Shown: piece after piece, positions 35,172 to 45,915 of the stretch | How positions within the stretch are numbered: position 1 is the first letter of the stretch | Layout: each line of letters begins with the position of its first letter | Assembly (NCBI GenBank): GCA_028281895.1 | Contig: JANQIZ010000040.1 | Span: 1 to 52,850, forward strand | Direction of reading: 5' to 3' | DNA from: Dehalococcoidia bacterium | GTDB lineage: Bacteria; Chloroflexota; Dehalococcoidia; Lucifugimonadales; Lucifugimonadaceae | Length of the DNA stretch: 52,850 nt | Position numbers and translations under genes: made by a program | Notes under the pieces: generated by a model | What the model saw: only the letters and a program-made list of their open reading frames with translations | Database searches by the model: none | Told to the model about the DNA's origin: nothing

Positions 35172-36656
35172 TTGCAACCTGAATCCGGCTTTAGATCGGC
35201 GCATTCGCCGCAATCTCCACTCGACCAGGTCCGTGATCACTTCGATCAGGATGATCGCCCTCGCGAAGCCTGCGGAGTCGTCGGCATATACAGTCCCGGC
35301 CACGATGTAGCCCGTTCCACCTTCTTCGGACTGTTCGCGCTCCAGCACCGCGGGCAGGAGAGCGCAGGCATCGCCACGTCATCTGGGAATCACATCCAGC
35401 TGCACGCCCGCATGGGCCTCATCAGCCAGGTCTTCAAGGAAGAGGACCTGGCCGACCTGCCCGGCCACCTGGCGATTGGCCACACTCGCTACTCCACGAT
35501 GGGCGGCAGCAAGCAGCACAACGCCCAGCCTCTGCTCGCCAATGGTCCACGCGGCCAGATCGCCGTCGGCCACAACGGCAATGTGATCAATGCAGCTGAG
35601 CTGCGTGAAGAGCTTGAGCAGCAGTGGGGTCTCACCTTCGACAGGACCTCCGATACCGAGGTGATCGCCGAGATGTTCGCCCGGGCGCCGGGACGCGACT
35701 GGTTCGAAGTCGCCTGGTACGCGATGCGCAGGCTCAAGGGAGCGTATTCGCTGGTGATCATGTCCAAGGATGAGTTGATCGCTGTGCGCGATCCGCTTGG
35801 CATCCGGCCGCTCTGCATTGGCAAGCTGAACGGCGGCTACGTGGTCGCATCCGAGACCGCAGCGCTCGACAACATCGGCGCCACATTCGTCCGCGAGATC
35901 GAGAACGGCGAGACGATTGTCATCAACAAAGATGGTCTCCACTCGAAGGTGTGGCCGGCTGCGCGCAAGACTCATGCCATGTGCGTGTTCGAGCAGATCT
36001 ACTTTGCCCGGCCGGACAGTGTGCTCAATGGACAGCTTGCCTACGACTCACGCCGCAGGATGGGCGCGGAGCTCTTCCATGAGAGTCCGGTCGACGCCGA
36101 TCTCGTGATCGGAATCCCCGATTCCTCGATTCCACACGCCATCGGCTACGCCAACGCTTCTGGAATCTCTTACGGGGAAGGGATCATCAGGAACAGGTAC
36201 GTTGGCCGTACCTTTATCGCTCCTGATCAGCGGATGAGAGACGTCGGCGTTCAGATGAAGTTCAACGCGATGCGCAGCATCATCGAAGGCAAGCGCGTCA
36301 TCGTGGTGGATGACTCGATAGTCCGGAGCACCACGACGGTGCGGGTTATCGCGATGCTCAGGAAGGCCGGCGCAAAGGAAATTCATGTGCGCGTGGCTGC
36401 TCCGGCCATCATCTCAACGTGCCACTTCGGCGTGGACATGGCGACGCTCTCGGAATTGATCGCCGCCAACAAATCAGTGGACGAGATTCGCGATCACATC
36501 GGCGCAGATTCACTCGCTTACCTCAGCGTCGATGGTCTCAAGAGAGCGGTCAATGTTAGAGACGACAGCTACTGCAAGGGCTGCTTCACCGGGCGCTACC
36601 CGATACCTGTGCAGCTCGAGATGGACAAGCTCGCTCTCGAGCCTGCTGGCGTCTAG
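35172..36656 (+). CDS. purF: amidophosphoribosyltransferase
   Basis: CGVVGIY N-terminal nucleophile Cys after a propeptide, RGQESAGIA, and the PRPP loop VIVVDDSIVRSTT. The C-terminal Cys cluster (CHFG...CKGCFTG) is consistent with a 4Fe-4S type. The track start is TTG, so the true start is uncertain. Confidence 0.9.
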   Translation: MQPESGFRSAHSPQSPLDQVRDHFDQDDRPREACGVVGIYSPGHDVARSTFFGLFALQHRGQESAGIATSSGNHIQLHARMGLISQVFKEEDLADLPGHLAIGHTRYSTMGGSKQHNAQPLLANGPRGQIAVGHNGNVINAAELREELEQQWGLTFDRTSDTEVIAEMFARAPGRDWFEVAWYAMRRLKGAYSLVIMSKDELIAVRDPLGIRPLCIGKLNGGYVVASETAALDNIGATFVREIENGETIVINKDGLHSKVWPAARKTHAMCVFEQIYFARPDSVLNGQLAYDSRRRMGAELFHESPVDADLVIGIPDSSIPHAIGYANASGISYGEGIIRNRYVGRTFIAPDQRMRDVGVQMKFNAMRSIIEGKRVIVVDDSIVRSTTTVRVIAMLRKAGAKEIHVRVAAPAIISTCHFGVDMATLSELIAANKSVDEIRDHIGADSLAYLSVDGLKRAVNVRDDSYCKGCFTGRYPIPVQLEMDKLALEPAGV

Positions 36657-36801
36657 CTGTTTCATCCCTGTTATCTCTGGCGGCCGTTCCCGATAAGGCG
36701 GGGTCGGCATATACTTGCTGCTTCGCTTTGATCGAGCATGAATTTGCCTCTCAGCAGGCTGCCTGAGCGTCCGCGTGTGAGCGGAACAAGATGAGACAGT
36801 G

Positions 36802-37860
36802 ATGAACCCAGGAACCCACGATGCGCCGGCAGGATTGACCTACAGGGATGCCGGTGTGGATCTGGACGCCGCCGCTGCCGCAAAAGTCCGGATCATGGAG
36901 CTGGCGAAGAGCACTCTTGGCTCGCGCGTTCTCTCTGCGCAGGGTGGATTCGGTGGCGTGATCGATCCCGGCGCAAATGCCGACACGTTGCTTGTCTCAA
37001 GCACCGACAGCGTGGGCACGAAGCTGCGCATCGCCCAGGCGATCGGCCGCCACGACACCATTGGCATCGACATCGTCAATCACTGCATCAACGACATCCT
37101 GCCTGCTGGCGCAACTCCTCTTTTCTTTCTCGACTACATCGGCATATCGAACTTCGACCAGGTCGTGCTTGCCCAGATTCTCGAAGGGCTGAGCAAGGCA
37201 TGTAACGAATCGGGCTGCGCGCTTCTTGGTGGCGAGACGGCGACCTTGCCCGGCATCTACCACGGGGATGACTACGACCTGGTCGGCTTCATCGTAGGAA
37301 CTGTGCAGCGCGAGCGGTTGATCAAACCGGAGAACACGGTCGAGGGTGATGTGCTGATCGGGCTGCCTTCAAGTGGCCTGCACACGAATGGCTACTCTCT
37401 TGTGCGCAAGGTATTCGGCATCGACGATGATTCGTCGGCGCTGGAGGACAGCTTGCCCGGGGATGAGCGGTCACTTGGCGAGGCGCTGCTGGAGCCGCAC
37501 CGAAGCTACCTGCCATGGCTCACAGATGAGTCAGGATCGGTGAGGGCTGAGGTCAAAGGCCTTGGGCACATTACCGGCGGCGGCATCTTCAAGAACATCC
37601 CACGGGTGATCGCAGATGGCCTGGCGGCAGAGGTCGATCTCTCAAGCTGGCAAGTGCCGCCTGTGTTCAATCACATACAGCGTACGGGCGGGATCGCATT
37701 CCTCGAAATGTACCGGGTCTTCAACATGGGGCTGGGCATGGTTGTTGTCGTGTCGGAGCAGGATGCCGATGCGGTTCTGGAGTCGATCGATGGGTCGTGG
37801 AAGGTCGGCAGGCTGGTGAAGCAGACAGGCGATGAGCGAGTGCTAACGCTCGGGCTTTAG
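36802..37860 (+). CDS. purM: phosphoribosylformylglycinamidine cyclo-ligase (AIR synthetase)
   Basis: LTYRDAGVDLD, VSSTDSVGTKL and DYIG motifs. ATG at 36802, immediately after an in-frame GTG. Confidence 0.92.
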   Translation: MNPGTHDAPAGLTYRDAGVDLDAAAAAKVRIMELAKSTLGSRVLSAQGGFGGVIDPGANADTLLVSSTDSVGTKLRIAQAIGRHDTIGIDIVNHCINDILPAGATPLFFLDYIGISNFDQVVLAQILEGLSKACNESGCALLGGETATLPGIYHGDDYDLVGFIVGTVQRERLIKPENTVEGDVLIGLPSSGLHTNGYSLVRKVFGIDDDSSALEDSLPGDERSLGEALLEPHRSYLPWLTDESGSVRAEVKGLGHITGGGIFKNIPRVIADGLAAEVDLSSWQVPPVFNHIQRTGGIAFLEMYRVFNMGLGMVVVVSEQDADAVLESIDGSWKVGRLVKQTGDERVLTLGL

Positions 37861-37880
37861 ACGGAGTTTTGTGACGGAGA

Positions 37881-39419
37881 ATGAGAGCACTTCTTAGCGC
37901 ATATGACAGGACGGGCCTGGCCGATTTCGCCCGCAAGCTGGACGATCTTGGCTGTGAGCTTGTGAGCACGGGCGGCACGCTCAAGGAGCTTGAGTCGGCA
38001 GGGCTGAAGGTCACGCAGGTTGCTGACGTTACCGGCTCGCCTGAGATTCTTGACGGCAGGGTCAAGACGCTGCATCCGGCGATTCACGGCGGACTACTGG
38101 CGAGGCGCGATGTCTCGGAGCATGTATCAGAGCTGGAGCAGCACGGCATCACCGGGATTGACATCGTCGTCAACAATCTCTATCCGTTCGTCGAGACGAT
38201 ATCCAGGCCTGATGTGACGCTGATCGATGCGCTTGAAAACATCGACATCGGTGGCCCGGCCATGACGAGAGCCGCCGCGAAGAACTTCCCTCACGTGGTG
38301 ATCGTCGTCGATCCTGCTGACTACGACGAAGTGGCATCGCTGATCGCTGCCGGAGAGGTGCCGCTTGAGAAGCGACGCCAGCTTGCTGCGAAGGCCTTTC
38401 AGCACGTTGCTCTGTATGACACCGCGATTTCAACGTACCTGAGGTCTTCCGATGAATCTCAGGATGCGGCGTTCCCTGCCGAGTTGACCGTTGGCTGGAA
38501 GCGTCTGGCGATCCCGCGATACGGCGAGAACCCGCATCAGCCGGCTGCGATCTATGGCAACCAGGGCGAGAGTGGCGGCATCGTGAACGCAAAGCAGCTT
38601 CACGGCATCGACATGTCTTACCTGAACTACTTCGATGCTGATGCCACCTGGAGAGCGGCCAACAGCTTCCCCGTGAATGCGGTGTCGATCGTCAAACATG
38701 CCAACCCGTGTGGACTGGCGGTGGATGCAGACCAGCCAACGGCCTACCGAAAAGCCCTCGAAGGCGATCCGGTATCGGCATTCGGCGGCATCGTCGGTTT
38801 CAACTCGGTTGTGACTGCGGAGACTGCGAGCGCGATGAAGGGCGTGCTGTTCGATGTGATCGTCGCGCCCGGCTACGAACCGGACGCCCTGGAGATCTTC
38901 TCCAAGCGCAAGCGGACACGGATTCTCGAAGTGGCACCGTCAAGGGCCAACGAGCTCGAAGTGCGCAATGTCTCGGGCGGCGCGCTGGTGCAGCAGCCAG
39001 ACGATCTCGTAGAAGACCCGCGAACATGGGATGTGGTCACTAAACGCGCACCTACTGACCAAGAATTGATCGACCTGGGCTTCGCATGGAACGCCTGCCG
39101 GCTTATCCACTCGAATGCCATCGTGTTCGCGAAAGACAACTCGCTTGTCGGCATGGGCGCAGGGCAGCCCAACCGGATCACAAGCGTGATGCTGGCCGGG
39201 CGTGTGGCGAACCGTGACGGCAGGGACGCAACTACTGGCGCTGTCATGGCATCCGACGCCTTCTTCCCCTTCCCCGATGGCATCGAGGCCGCAGCGGAGT
39301 ACGGAATCTCGGCGGTCGCCCAACCGGGAGGGTCGATAAAGGACGAGGATGTGATAGAAGCTGCGGACAAACTCGGGCTGGCAATGGTGTTCACCGGTTC
39401 CCGGCACTTCCTACACTGA
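37881..39419 (+). CDS. purH: bifunctional IMP cyclohydrolase / AICAR formyltransferase
   Basis: MRALLSAYDRTGL...STGGT (MGS-like domain), KTLHPAIHGG, and C-terminal ASDAFFPFPDGIE...AVAQPGGSIKD. Confidence 0.95.
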   Translation: MRALLSAYDRTGLADFARKLDDLGCELVSTGGTLKELESAGLKVTQVADVTGSPEILDGRVKTLHPAIHGGLLARRDVSEHVSELEQHGITGIDIVVNNLYPFVETISRPDVTLIDALENIDIGGPAMTRAAAKNFPHVVIVVDPADYDEVASLIAAGEVPLEKRRQLAAKAFQHVALYDTAISTYLRSSDESQDAAFPAELTVGWKRLAIPRYGENPHQPAAIYGNQGESGGIVNAKQLHGIDMSYLNYFDADATWRAANSFPVNAVSIVKHANPCGLAVDADQPTAYRKALEGDPVSAFGGIVGFNSVVTAETASAMKGVLFDVIVAPGYEPDALEIFSKRKRTRILEVAPSRANELEVRNVSGGALVQQPDDLVEDPRTWDVVTKRAPTDQELIDLGFAWNACRLIHSNAIVFAKDNSLVGMGAGQPNRITSVMLAGRVANRDGRDATTGAVMASDAFFPFPDGIEAAAEYGISAVAQPGGSIKDEDVIEAADKLGLAMVFTGSRHFLH

Positions 39420-39463
39420 TTGCTGGTGGCCGATAGTCACGGAGCCAGGCGGTAAACCTTTCC

Positions 39464-40189
39464 ATGTCAACCTCTGTCGAGATTGTGATTCCGGTGCTTA
39501 ACGAAGAGCACTCGCTGCCTAGGTGCATCGAGCAGCTTGTGAGTTTCACCGGGGAACACCCTGACTACGATTGGAAGATCACAGTTGCCGACAACGGCTC
39601 GACCGATCGCACGCCCGAAGTGATTGCCGAGCTGGGCCAGCGATTCCCTAACGTCGGAACGGTCCGCCTTGAAGAGCGTGGCCGTGGTCGCGCGTTGAAG
39701 CGTGCATGGCTTGCCAGTGATGCCGATGTGCGTTGCTACATGGATGTTGACCTGTCTACAGACATCGGCGCACTCCCGAGCCTGGTCTCCGCCATCGGAG
39801 ATGAAGACTACGAAGTGGCGACCGGATCGCGGCTCAGCAAAGGATCGGAGGTCGTGGGGCGCAAGCTCACACGAGAGATCACGTCCAGGGGATACAACCT
39901 GCTCATCAAGCTGATGTTTTGGCCTCCGTTTCCCGATGCGCAATGCGGGTTCAAGGCGGTGTCGCGACGGGCCGCAGAAGGCCTGATGCCTCTCATCAAG
40001 GACAATGCCTGGTTCATGGACACCGAACTGCTGCTGCTGGCCCAGGGTGCTGGCTACCGGATCAAGTCGATTCCAGTTCGCTGGGTGGATGATCCCGATA
40101 CTCGTGTGAAACTGGCTTCTACGATCTGGGAAGATATCAAGGGGCTGTTGCGATTGCGGTTTAGGGGCAGGCCTAGACCGTCGCAGTGA
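39464..40189 (+). CDS. family 2 glycosyltransferase (polyprenyl-phosphate sugar synthase-like)
   Basis: IVIPVLNEE, DNGSTDRT and the YMDVDLSTD (DxD) motif. Size and pattern match dolichyl/polyprenyl-phosphate glycosyltransferases. Confidence 0.8.
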   Translation: MSTSVEIVIPVLNEEHSLPRCIEQLVSFTGEHPDYDWKITVADNGSTDRTPEVIAELGQRFPNVGTVRLEERGRGRALKRAWLASDADVRCYMDVDLSTDIGALPSLVSAIGDEDYEVATGSRLSKGSEVVGRKLTREITSRGYNLLIKLMFWPPFPDAQCGFKAVSRRAAEGLMPLIKDNAWFMDTELLLLAQGAGYRIKSIPVRWVDDPDTRVKLASTIWEDIKGLLRLRFRGRPRPSQ

Positions 40190-40314
40190 GGCGGGTAGAA
40201 TGGCGGGGTTGCGCGCCCGGGATCGATCTATCTGCGCTCGTCGCAGTTTCCGCGTGACCGAATAAGTCAACCAGCACCTGGCATCTACTGGCGCCCGGTG
40301 CACAGGGACCGCTA

Positions 40315-41313
40315 ATGACTACTCGAGACTTCGAGATACCACGCTCTGTTCTTGTTGGAGATACCGCCGACAACGAACTGGTTAGAGCCCAGACAATCCT
40401 CCGCAACGAAGGGGTGAACCCTTCGGTGGTGATGGAGTTCACCGCAGGCGCGGGCGGCACCTTCTGCGGGATAGAGGAGACGCGGTCGCTGCTGTCTCGC
40501 ATTCTGCCGGAGACTGGCCGCGAGGTGTGGGCGATGACTGAAGGGTCGGACATCGCAGTGGGTGAGGTGGCGCTCAGGATCCGTGCGCCGTACGCATCTT
40601 TCGGACTGTACGAGACGGCCATCTGCGGAACGCTTGCCTCGTCGACGGGCTGGGCCACGGCTGCGCGGGAATGCGTTGATGCAGCCCAGGGAATCCCCGT
40701 CATCTCGTACGGAGCGCGTCATGTTCACCCCGCTGTGGTTGGAGTGATGGACTACTCGGCGGTCGTCGGCAAATGCGTTGCGAACTCTTCACTCATCGGG
40801 TCTCGCCTAACTGGACTCACTCCCTCGGGAACGATGCCTCACGCGCTTGTGCTCATGATCGGAGACACAGTGAGGACGGTTCTCGCATTCGACAGGCACA
40901 TGCCGCCGGAAGTCCCGCGGGTGGCTCTCGTCGATACGTTCAAGGACGAGGCTGAGGACGCGATGGCTGTTGCGAAGGCGCTCAGGGAGCGATTGCGTGG
41001 GATCCGGCTGGATACCCCTGCCGAGCGAGGTGGCGTGACTCCTGCGCTGGTGCACGAGGTGCGGGCAAGGTTGGACCAGGCGGGTTACAACCATGTGGAT
41101 ATCTATGTGAGCGGCGGTGTGGACCCGAGCAGGATCGAGCAGTTCGTGGAGAATGAGGCGCCAGTCAGCGTCTTTGCTGTCGGCTACTACATCTCAAGCG
41201 CACAGCCGATTGCGTTCACTGCTGACATCAAAGAGATTGAGGGACGCCCTATTGCGAAGCGGGGTAGGATTCCTGGCATCTCCAACAATCCCCGGCTGGC
41301 GAGAATCCTCTAA
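40315..41313 (+). CDS. type II phosphoribosyltransferase, nicotinate phosphoribosyltransferase-like (archaeal type)
   Basis: YETAICG, GTMPHALV, and LDTPAERGG with a C-terminal SGG segment, as in the NAPRTase/QAPRTase fold. The exact substrate cannot be resolved from sequence. Confidence 0.65.
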   Translation: MTTRDFEIPRSVLVGDTADNELVRAQTILRNEGVNPSVVMEFTAGAGGTFCGIEETRSLLSRILPETGREVWAMTEGSDIAVGEVALRIRAPYASFGLYETAICGTLASSTGWATAARECVDAAQGIPVISYGARHVHPAVVGVMDYSAVVGKCVANSSLIGSRLTGLTPSGTMPHALVLMIGDTVRTVLAFDRHMPPEVPRVALVDTFKDEAEDAMAVAKALRERLRGIRLDTPAERGGVTPALVHEVRARLDQAGYNHVDIYVSGGVDPSRIEQFVENEAPVSVFAVGYYISSAQPIAFTADIKEIEGRPIAKRGRIPGISNNPRLARIL

Positions 41314-42800
41314 CCGGCCCTGTTTCCGCCTGAAGAGTCGTCTGCCGGAGTGTATTCGAGCAGGACGGCCTCCGATGCGCCAGACGACACCTTTGCCCAA
41401 TCGGCGATGCGCTCCCCTGCGACCCAGCAGATCTGATCGTTTGCCAGTACCAGTGGCACGCGGTCGCGCCAGCGTGCCGGAACGTGCTGGTTTACCAGGA
41501 AGTCCTGGAGCTTCACCTGTTCGGCCATGCCCAGAGGTTGCACGCGGTCACCGTCTCGGCGTGCTCTGACCGTGAGACTCAGCACTGCTTCATCACGAGC
41601 GATGAGCGCCTGCCACTTACCGATCTGAGCGAGATCAGGAACTGGCGAGACGATGCGGGCAGACAGGTTCGATCCATCGGAGAACGACACGTTGCCAGGA
41701 ACTTCGAGAATGTGTTCCCCAACCTCGGCCGGGTAAGGACATGCAGGGTCGGCGCCGGGTGGCAAAAACCTGATCACGTCGTGCTCAAGGACAAAGGTGA
41801 CGCCGTTCGCCAGGTCCAGGCTTCCTGTGCCTGTATCCCTGATTGCGTCAAGGCATGAGTTGATCGCCTGCATATCCAGATCGCGGCTAGAACCTGCAGC
41901 GAGCGTGTATGCGTATGCCAGGACGTGAGGCTGCAACGTAGGAGCAGTTTCACTGAACCGAGTTCGTGAGATCCCGCCGGTCTCATCGACAGCGATGTCC
42001 TGGAGAGTTTTTCTCACAGCTTCCAGTATGAAATCGTGATCTGCCCGCGCAATGTCCGCCAGCCTGCCAATCGCCTCGACCACTGACGGGTTCACCTTCT
42101 CCAGCTCCGGGATAACGTTTAGCCGAACCCGGTTGCGGGCGTACCGCGTATCTCTGTTCGATTCATCTTCGAGCGGTTGGACGCCGCGTGATTCGCAGAA
42201 GGTCACCGTGTCGGCTCTTCGCAGGCCAAGCATTGGTCGAACAATGATGAGCGGATCGCTGCCGGCGCCGAGGTCGTGTCGTTGAGTCACAAGAGCCATG
42301 CCCGAGATGCCGGACAGCCCCGCCCCGCGAGTCATCGCAAGAATCACTGTCTCCGCCTGGTCGTCCAGTGTGTGGCCTGTGACAACCGCATCCATCTTTC
42401 GCTCGGACGCGATCTCTGCCAGGAACCGGTAGCGCAGGTGCCTTGCCGCTGCCTCGACCGACTCTCCGTGTTTCTCCGCAAATCCGGCGACGTATCCAGA
42501 ACCCGTGTGAAGAGTGATACCGAGGTCTTCACATAGCTCTCTGCATGAGAGCTCGTCGCTGTTCGAGCGTTCGGCGCGCAGTTGGTGGTTGAAGTGGGCT
42601 ATCTCAAGTTGCACATGATCAGGCTCAGCTAGCGCGATTTCATGGATCGCAAGCAAGAGCGCTGTTGAATCGGCCCCGCCTGAGAACGCCACAAGCAAGC
42701 GCATCGGATCTGGGAGATCGGCCTTGGTCAGCGCATCTCTGGTTGCCGCAACGATACTGACGCCGGTTTCCGCGCCCTCTTTCGAGTTGCCGCGGCTCAC
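41310..42800 (-). CDS. tilS: tRNA(Ile)-lysidine synthetase
   Basis: PP-loop LLVAFSGGADSTALL and the C-terminal TilS substrate-binding region (RRDGDRVQPLG). The chosen start is GTG at 42800, 1 nt after the upstream stop. ATG at 42704 is an alternative. Confidence 0.85.
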   Translation of the reverse strand: MSRGNSKEGAETGVSIVAATRDALTKADLPDPMRLLVAFSGGADSTALLLAIHEIALAEPDHVQLEIAHFNHQLRAERSNSDELSCRELCEDLGITLHTGSGYVAGFAEKHGESVEAAARHLRYRFLAEIASERKMDAVVTGHTLDDQAETVILAMTRGAGLSGISGMALVTQRHDLGAGSDPLIIVRPMLGLRRADTVTFCESRGVQPLEDESNRDTRYARNRVRLNVIPELEKVNPSVVEAIGRLADIARADHDFILEAVRKTLQDIAVDETGGISRTRFSETAPTLQPHVLAYAYTLAAGSSRDLDMQAINSCLDAIRDTGTGSLDLANGVTFVLEHDVIRFLPPGADPACPYPAEVGEHILEVPGNVSFSDGSNLSARIVSPVPDLAQIGKWQALIARDEAVLSLTVRARRDGDRVQPLGMAEQVKLQDFLVNQHVPARWRDRVPLVLANDQICWVAGERIADWAKVSSGASEAVLLEYTPADDSSGGNRAG

Positions 42801-42801
42801 G

Positions 42802-44103
42802 CTAGCCGGGTCCTGCGCTAGAGACGACCTGCTCAACCACAGCCGGCATCTTGCGAATCCGAATGGACGAGATGCGGTTGTCCTGCATGCTGGCCACCTG
42901 CATGCGGAGGTGGCCGTACCTGACGCGCATCCCGTCGTGAGGGATCGTCTGCGCCTGCTCCAGGAAGAAACCGGCGACCGTCTCGTAGTCGCCTTCAGGG
43001 ATTTCCAGTTCCAGCTCCTGATTGGCCTCTTCGACAGGCATGCCGCCATCGACCACGAAGGTGTTTTCGTTCACCGCGATGAACCTGCGTTCTGGCCTTC
43101 TGCCTTCTTCGCCGGTGCGCCCAACGATCTGCTCGACCACGCGAGTTAGCGTGATCAGGCCGGCGATGCCGCCGAACTCATCGACGCCCAGCGCGATCTT
43201 GTCGCCCGACTCCTGCATCATCTCGAATAGGTCATCGAGCCGCTTCGTCTCTGGCACGAACATCGCAGGCCGCATGAGCCGCGTGACCGGAAGCTCAGGA
43301 TCGAGCTGGTTTTCGGCGAGAGAGACCATCACATCCTTGACTGACAAAATGCCCACGACATCGTCATGTTCGTCGTCATAGACCGGAAAGCGCGTGTGCG
43401 GCGACTGCCTGTAGGTGGATTGAAACTCGCCAAACGTTGTGTCGGCGCTGATCCAGACAATCTCAGGCCGCGGTGTCATGACGTCTCGGACTTCAAGCTC
43501 GCCGAACTTGAAGATGTTGTCGAGCATCGTGCCCTGGCTCTCCTCAACGGTTCCTGCCTCTTCACCGAGGTCGATTAGCAGTCGTAGTTCTGCCGATGTG
43601 ACTGCAGGTGTCGCCAGTGCTTCGCGGCCGCCCGCAAGCTTGACGACTCCCCGCGGAGGCAGGGTGAATGCCCAGACCAGCGGCGTTGAGACGCGCATGA
43701 GGAAGAGGATGATGCGCGCTGTGTTGAGCGCCCATCTCTCCGCGATCAGCGCTGCCACAGACTTCGGCGTAAGTTCGCCGATCACGACGATGAGAACCGT
43801 GGCGATGGCCGTGGCGACGATTGTCGAGAGCGCGCTGGGCTCACCACCCCCGATAGTGGAGATGGCAAGAGTTGTGCCGACTGAGGCGACGACGATGTTG
43901 AAGAGGTTGCCGGCGAGGAGAACGGTTCCGAAGAACTTCTCGTTGTCGCCGATCACCTTGAGCACGGCTTCGGCTCTCTGGTCGCCCTCTTCAGCGAGTC
44001 TGCTGATTCTGAAACGGCGCGAGCCAAGGACGGCAACCTCGGTTGCGCTAATGAAAGAGCTTCCGAGGAGCCCGACGATGATGATTATGATGGAGAGCCA
44101 CAT
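42802..44103 (-). CDS. CNNM/DUF21-CBS-CorC_HlyC family transporter-associated protein (hemolysin-family)
   Basis: N-terminal DUF21 TM helices starting MWLSIIIIIVG, a CBS pair (VRDVMTPRPEI...ILSVKDV) and a CorC_HlyC C-terminal domain. I prefer the ATG at 44103 over the TTG at 44163. Confidence 0.85.
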   Translation of the reverse strand: MWLSIIIIIVGLLGSSFISATEVAVLGSRRFRISRLAEEGDQRAEAVLKVIGDNEKFFGTVLLAGNLFNIVVASVGTTLAISTIGGGEPSALSTIVATAIATVLIVVIGELTPKSVAALIAERWALNTARIILFLMRVSTPLVWAFTLPPRGVVKLAGGREALATPAVTSAELRLLIDLGEEAGTVEESQGTMLDNIFKFGELEVRDVMTPRPEIVWISADTTFGEFQSTYRQSPHTRFPVYDDEHDDVVGILSVKDVMVSLAENQLDPELPVTRLMRPAMFVPETKRLDDLFEMMQESGDKIALGVDEFGGIAGLITLTRVVEQIVGRTGEEGRRPERRFIAVNENTFVVDGGMPVEEANQELELEIPEGDYETVAGFFLEQAQTIPHDGMRVRYGHLRMQVASMQDNRISSIRIRKMPAVVEQVVSSAGPG

Positions 44104-44273
44104 TGCAGTTGCCGGTGCCAGGACAGTCGAGAACGCTTCACGCGTGCGCCGTTGCCGTGACAACCGTCACTTGCATTCTACCCGGCATCGGTTTCTCCGT
44201 ATGCGAGGCAGACCCTCAACCGGCGGCATGGGCCATCAGGTGATGCGATCTTCTTACGCAGTCAGCGAGCAGT

Positions 44274-44684
44274 TCAGCCCTTCACCGGAATCCTGATCGA
44301 CAGGTCGTCGTGGCCGCGATAGAACTCAACCACCGGCCGTGTTGGGTCGTGATCAAGATTTGAGATCAGCTCGTCTACCGCCTGGCCGATCATGCTGGGA
44401 TCAGAAACGAATCCGGTAAGGCGTTGAGCGAAGTAGCGGCCAGCCGGGATCGTGAACTGGGCTTGCGGCTGTTCGTCGCCGGCACTATTGTCCTGGATAG
44501 CGACGCACGCCCTGTATTCGCTATCGATCACCACGCCATAGAACTTTCTGTGGCGTAGTGAAGGGATCATGCCTTCGAGCCTGGCAAATGCCTCCGGTGC
44601 TTGAACACCGATTGGCTGGGAGCGGTCACCTGCCACATAAGTGACCGGAATCGCTGGCACATCGATAGCCGTACCCGCTGGCAT
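44274..44684 (-). CDS. GyrI-like (SbmC/effector-binding fold) small protein
   Basis: A single about 135-aa module with EAFARLEGMIP...KFYGVV...FTIPAGRYFAQRLTG...VVEFY, the pattern of GyrI-like domains. The start lies 8 nt after the recA stop. Confidence 0.6.
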   Translation of the reverse strand: MPAGTAIDVPAIPVTYVAGDRSQPIGVQAPEAFARLEGMIPSLRHRKFYGVVIDSEYRACVAIQDNSAGDEQPQAQFTIPAGRYFAQRLTGFVSDPSMIGQAVDELISNLDHDPTRPVVEFYRGHDDLSIRIPVKG

Positions 44685-44692
44685 CGTGAGAG

Positions 44693-45748
44693 CTAGTCTC
44701 CCTGCCGGTCTTCTACAGATGCCACTTCCTGCATCTCTTCCGGCTCCATCTGGCCGCTGTCGATGCGGATCTGCTTCTCAAGCTGATCCCGGACATCGGT
44801 GTTCTCTTTCAGGAACCGTCGAGAGGCTTCACGACCCTGGCCCAGCCGGGTATCGCCGTAAGAGAAGAACGATCCGCTCTTCTTCAGGATTCCCATCTCG
44901 ACACCAAGGTCCAGCAGCCCGCCTTCCTTGCTGATTCCCTCCTTGAAGAGGATCTCCAGCTCGGTCTTGCGGAACGGCGGAGCGACCTTGTTCTTAACGA
45001 TTCTGGCCCTGACGCGATTGCCAATGATGTCCTGGCCCAGCTTGATCGACTCCGATCGCCTGAGGTCGATTCGGACAGAGCTGTAGAACTTGAGCGCCCG
45101 GCCACCAGGCGTCACCTCCGGACTGCCAAAGACCACGCCGACCTTCTCACGCAGCTGATTGATAAACAGCGCAACGGTCTGGGTCTTGTGAATCGTTCCC
45201 GTCAACTTGCGAAGCGCCTGCGACATGAGGCGAGCCTGCAGGCCGATGTGGGTATCACCCATCTCGCCTTCAAGCTCAGACATCGGAACAAGCGCAGCGA
45301 CACTGTCCATCACGACGATATCGAGAGCGCCACTGCGAACCAGGTAATCTGCGATCTCCAGAGCCTGCTCGGCCGAGTCCGGCTGGGAGATCAGCAGCTT
45401 CTCCACGTCGACGCCGATCGCCTTCGCATACGTCGGGTCCATGGCATGCTCGACATCGATGTAAGCAGCGCTGCCGCCGAGACGCTGCGCCTCCGCGATG
45501 GCCGAAAGAGCGAGAGTGGACTTGCCGGCTGACTCGGCGCCGAAGATCTCGACGATTCGCCCGCGGGGCAGGCCTCCGATTCCAAGGGCGAGGTCCAGGG
45601 AGATCGATCCGGTGGGAACAGCGCCGATTGTTTCGTCGGTGTTGCTCTCGCTCATGCGCATGATTGCGCCGCGGCCGAACTGCTTCTCTATCTGAGCCAG
45701 CGCCAGTTCAAGCGACTTGTCTTTTTCGCTGGCTGTTCCGTTTTCCAT
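44693..45748 (-). CDS. recA: recombinase RecA
   Basis: Walker [10 protein letters not shown], then [14 protein letters not shown] and [14 protein letters not shown] prefer the ATG ([11 protein letters not shown]...) at 45748 over the TTG at 45778. Confidence 0.97.
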   Translation of the reverse strand: MENGTASEKDKSLELALAQIEKQFGRGAIMRMSESNTDETIGAVPTGSISLDLALGIGGLPRGRIVEIFGAESAGKSTLALSAIAEAQRLGGSAAYIDVEHAMDPTYAKAIGVDVEKLLISQPDSAEQALEIADYLVRSGALDIVVMDSVAALVPMSELEGEMGDTHIGLQARLMSQALRKLTGTIHKTQTVALFINQLREKVGVVFGSPEVTPGGRALKFYSSVRIDLRRSESIKLGQDIIGNRVRARIVKNKVAPPFRKTELEILFKEGISKEGGLLDLGVEMGILKKSGSFFSYGDTRLGQGREASRRFLKENTDVRDQLEKQIRIDSGQMEPEEMQEVASVEDRQGD

Positions 45749-45915
45749 GACTGCTACCGAACCGTTTCGAGATGCCAAGATAGTGTTTCTCCAGTATCAG
45801 CCCGCACGGTCATGGTGACAATGACATGTAGCGGCCGTTGGTGCTCAAGCTCTGTGACGCCATCGCCTCAGCCCAATGCCCAGCAACACATCCATTCGAT
45901 GGCAGGAGGTACATT

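Noticed and set aside
36657-36801. ZTP or purine riboswitch in the pur gene leaders (34977-35171 and 36657-36801).
   Set aside because: I could not recognise the conserved ZTP (pfl) or purine-riboswitch core sequences or pairings by eye. An Rfam scan is required before any claim.
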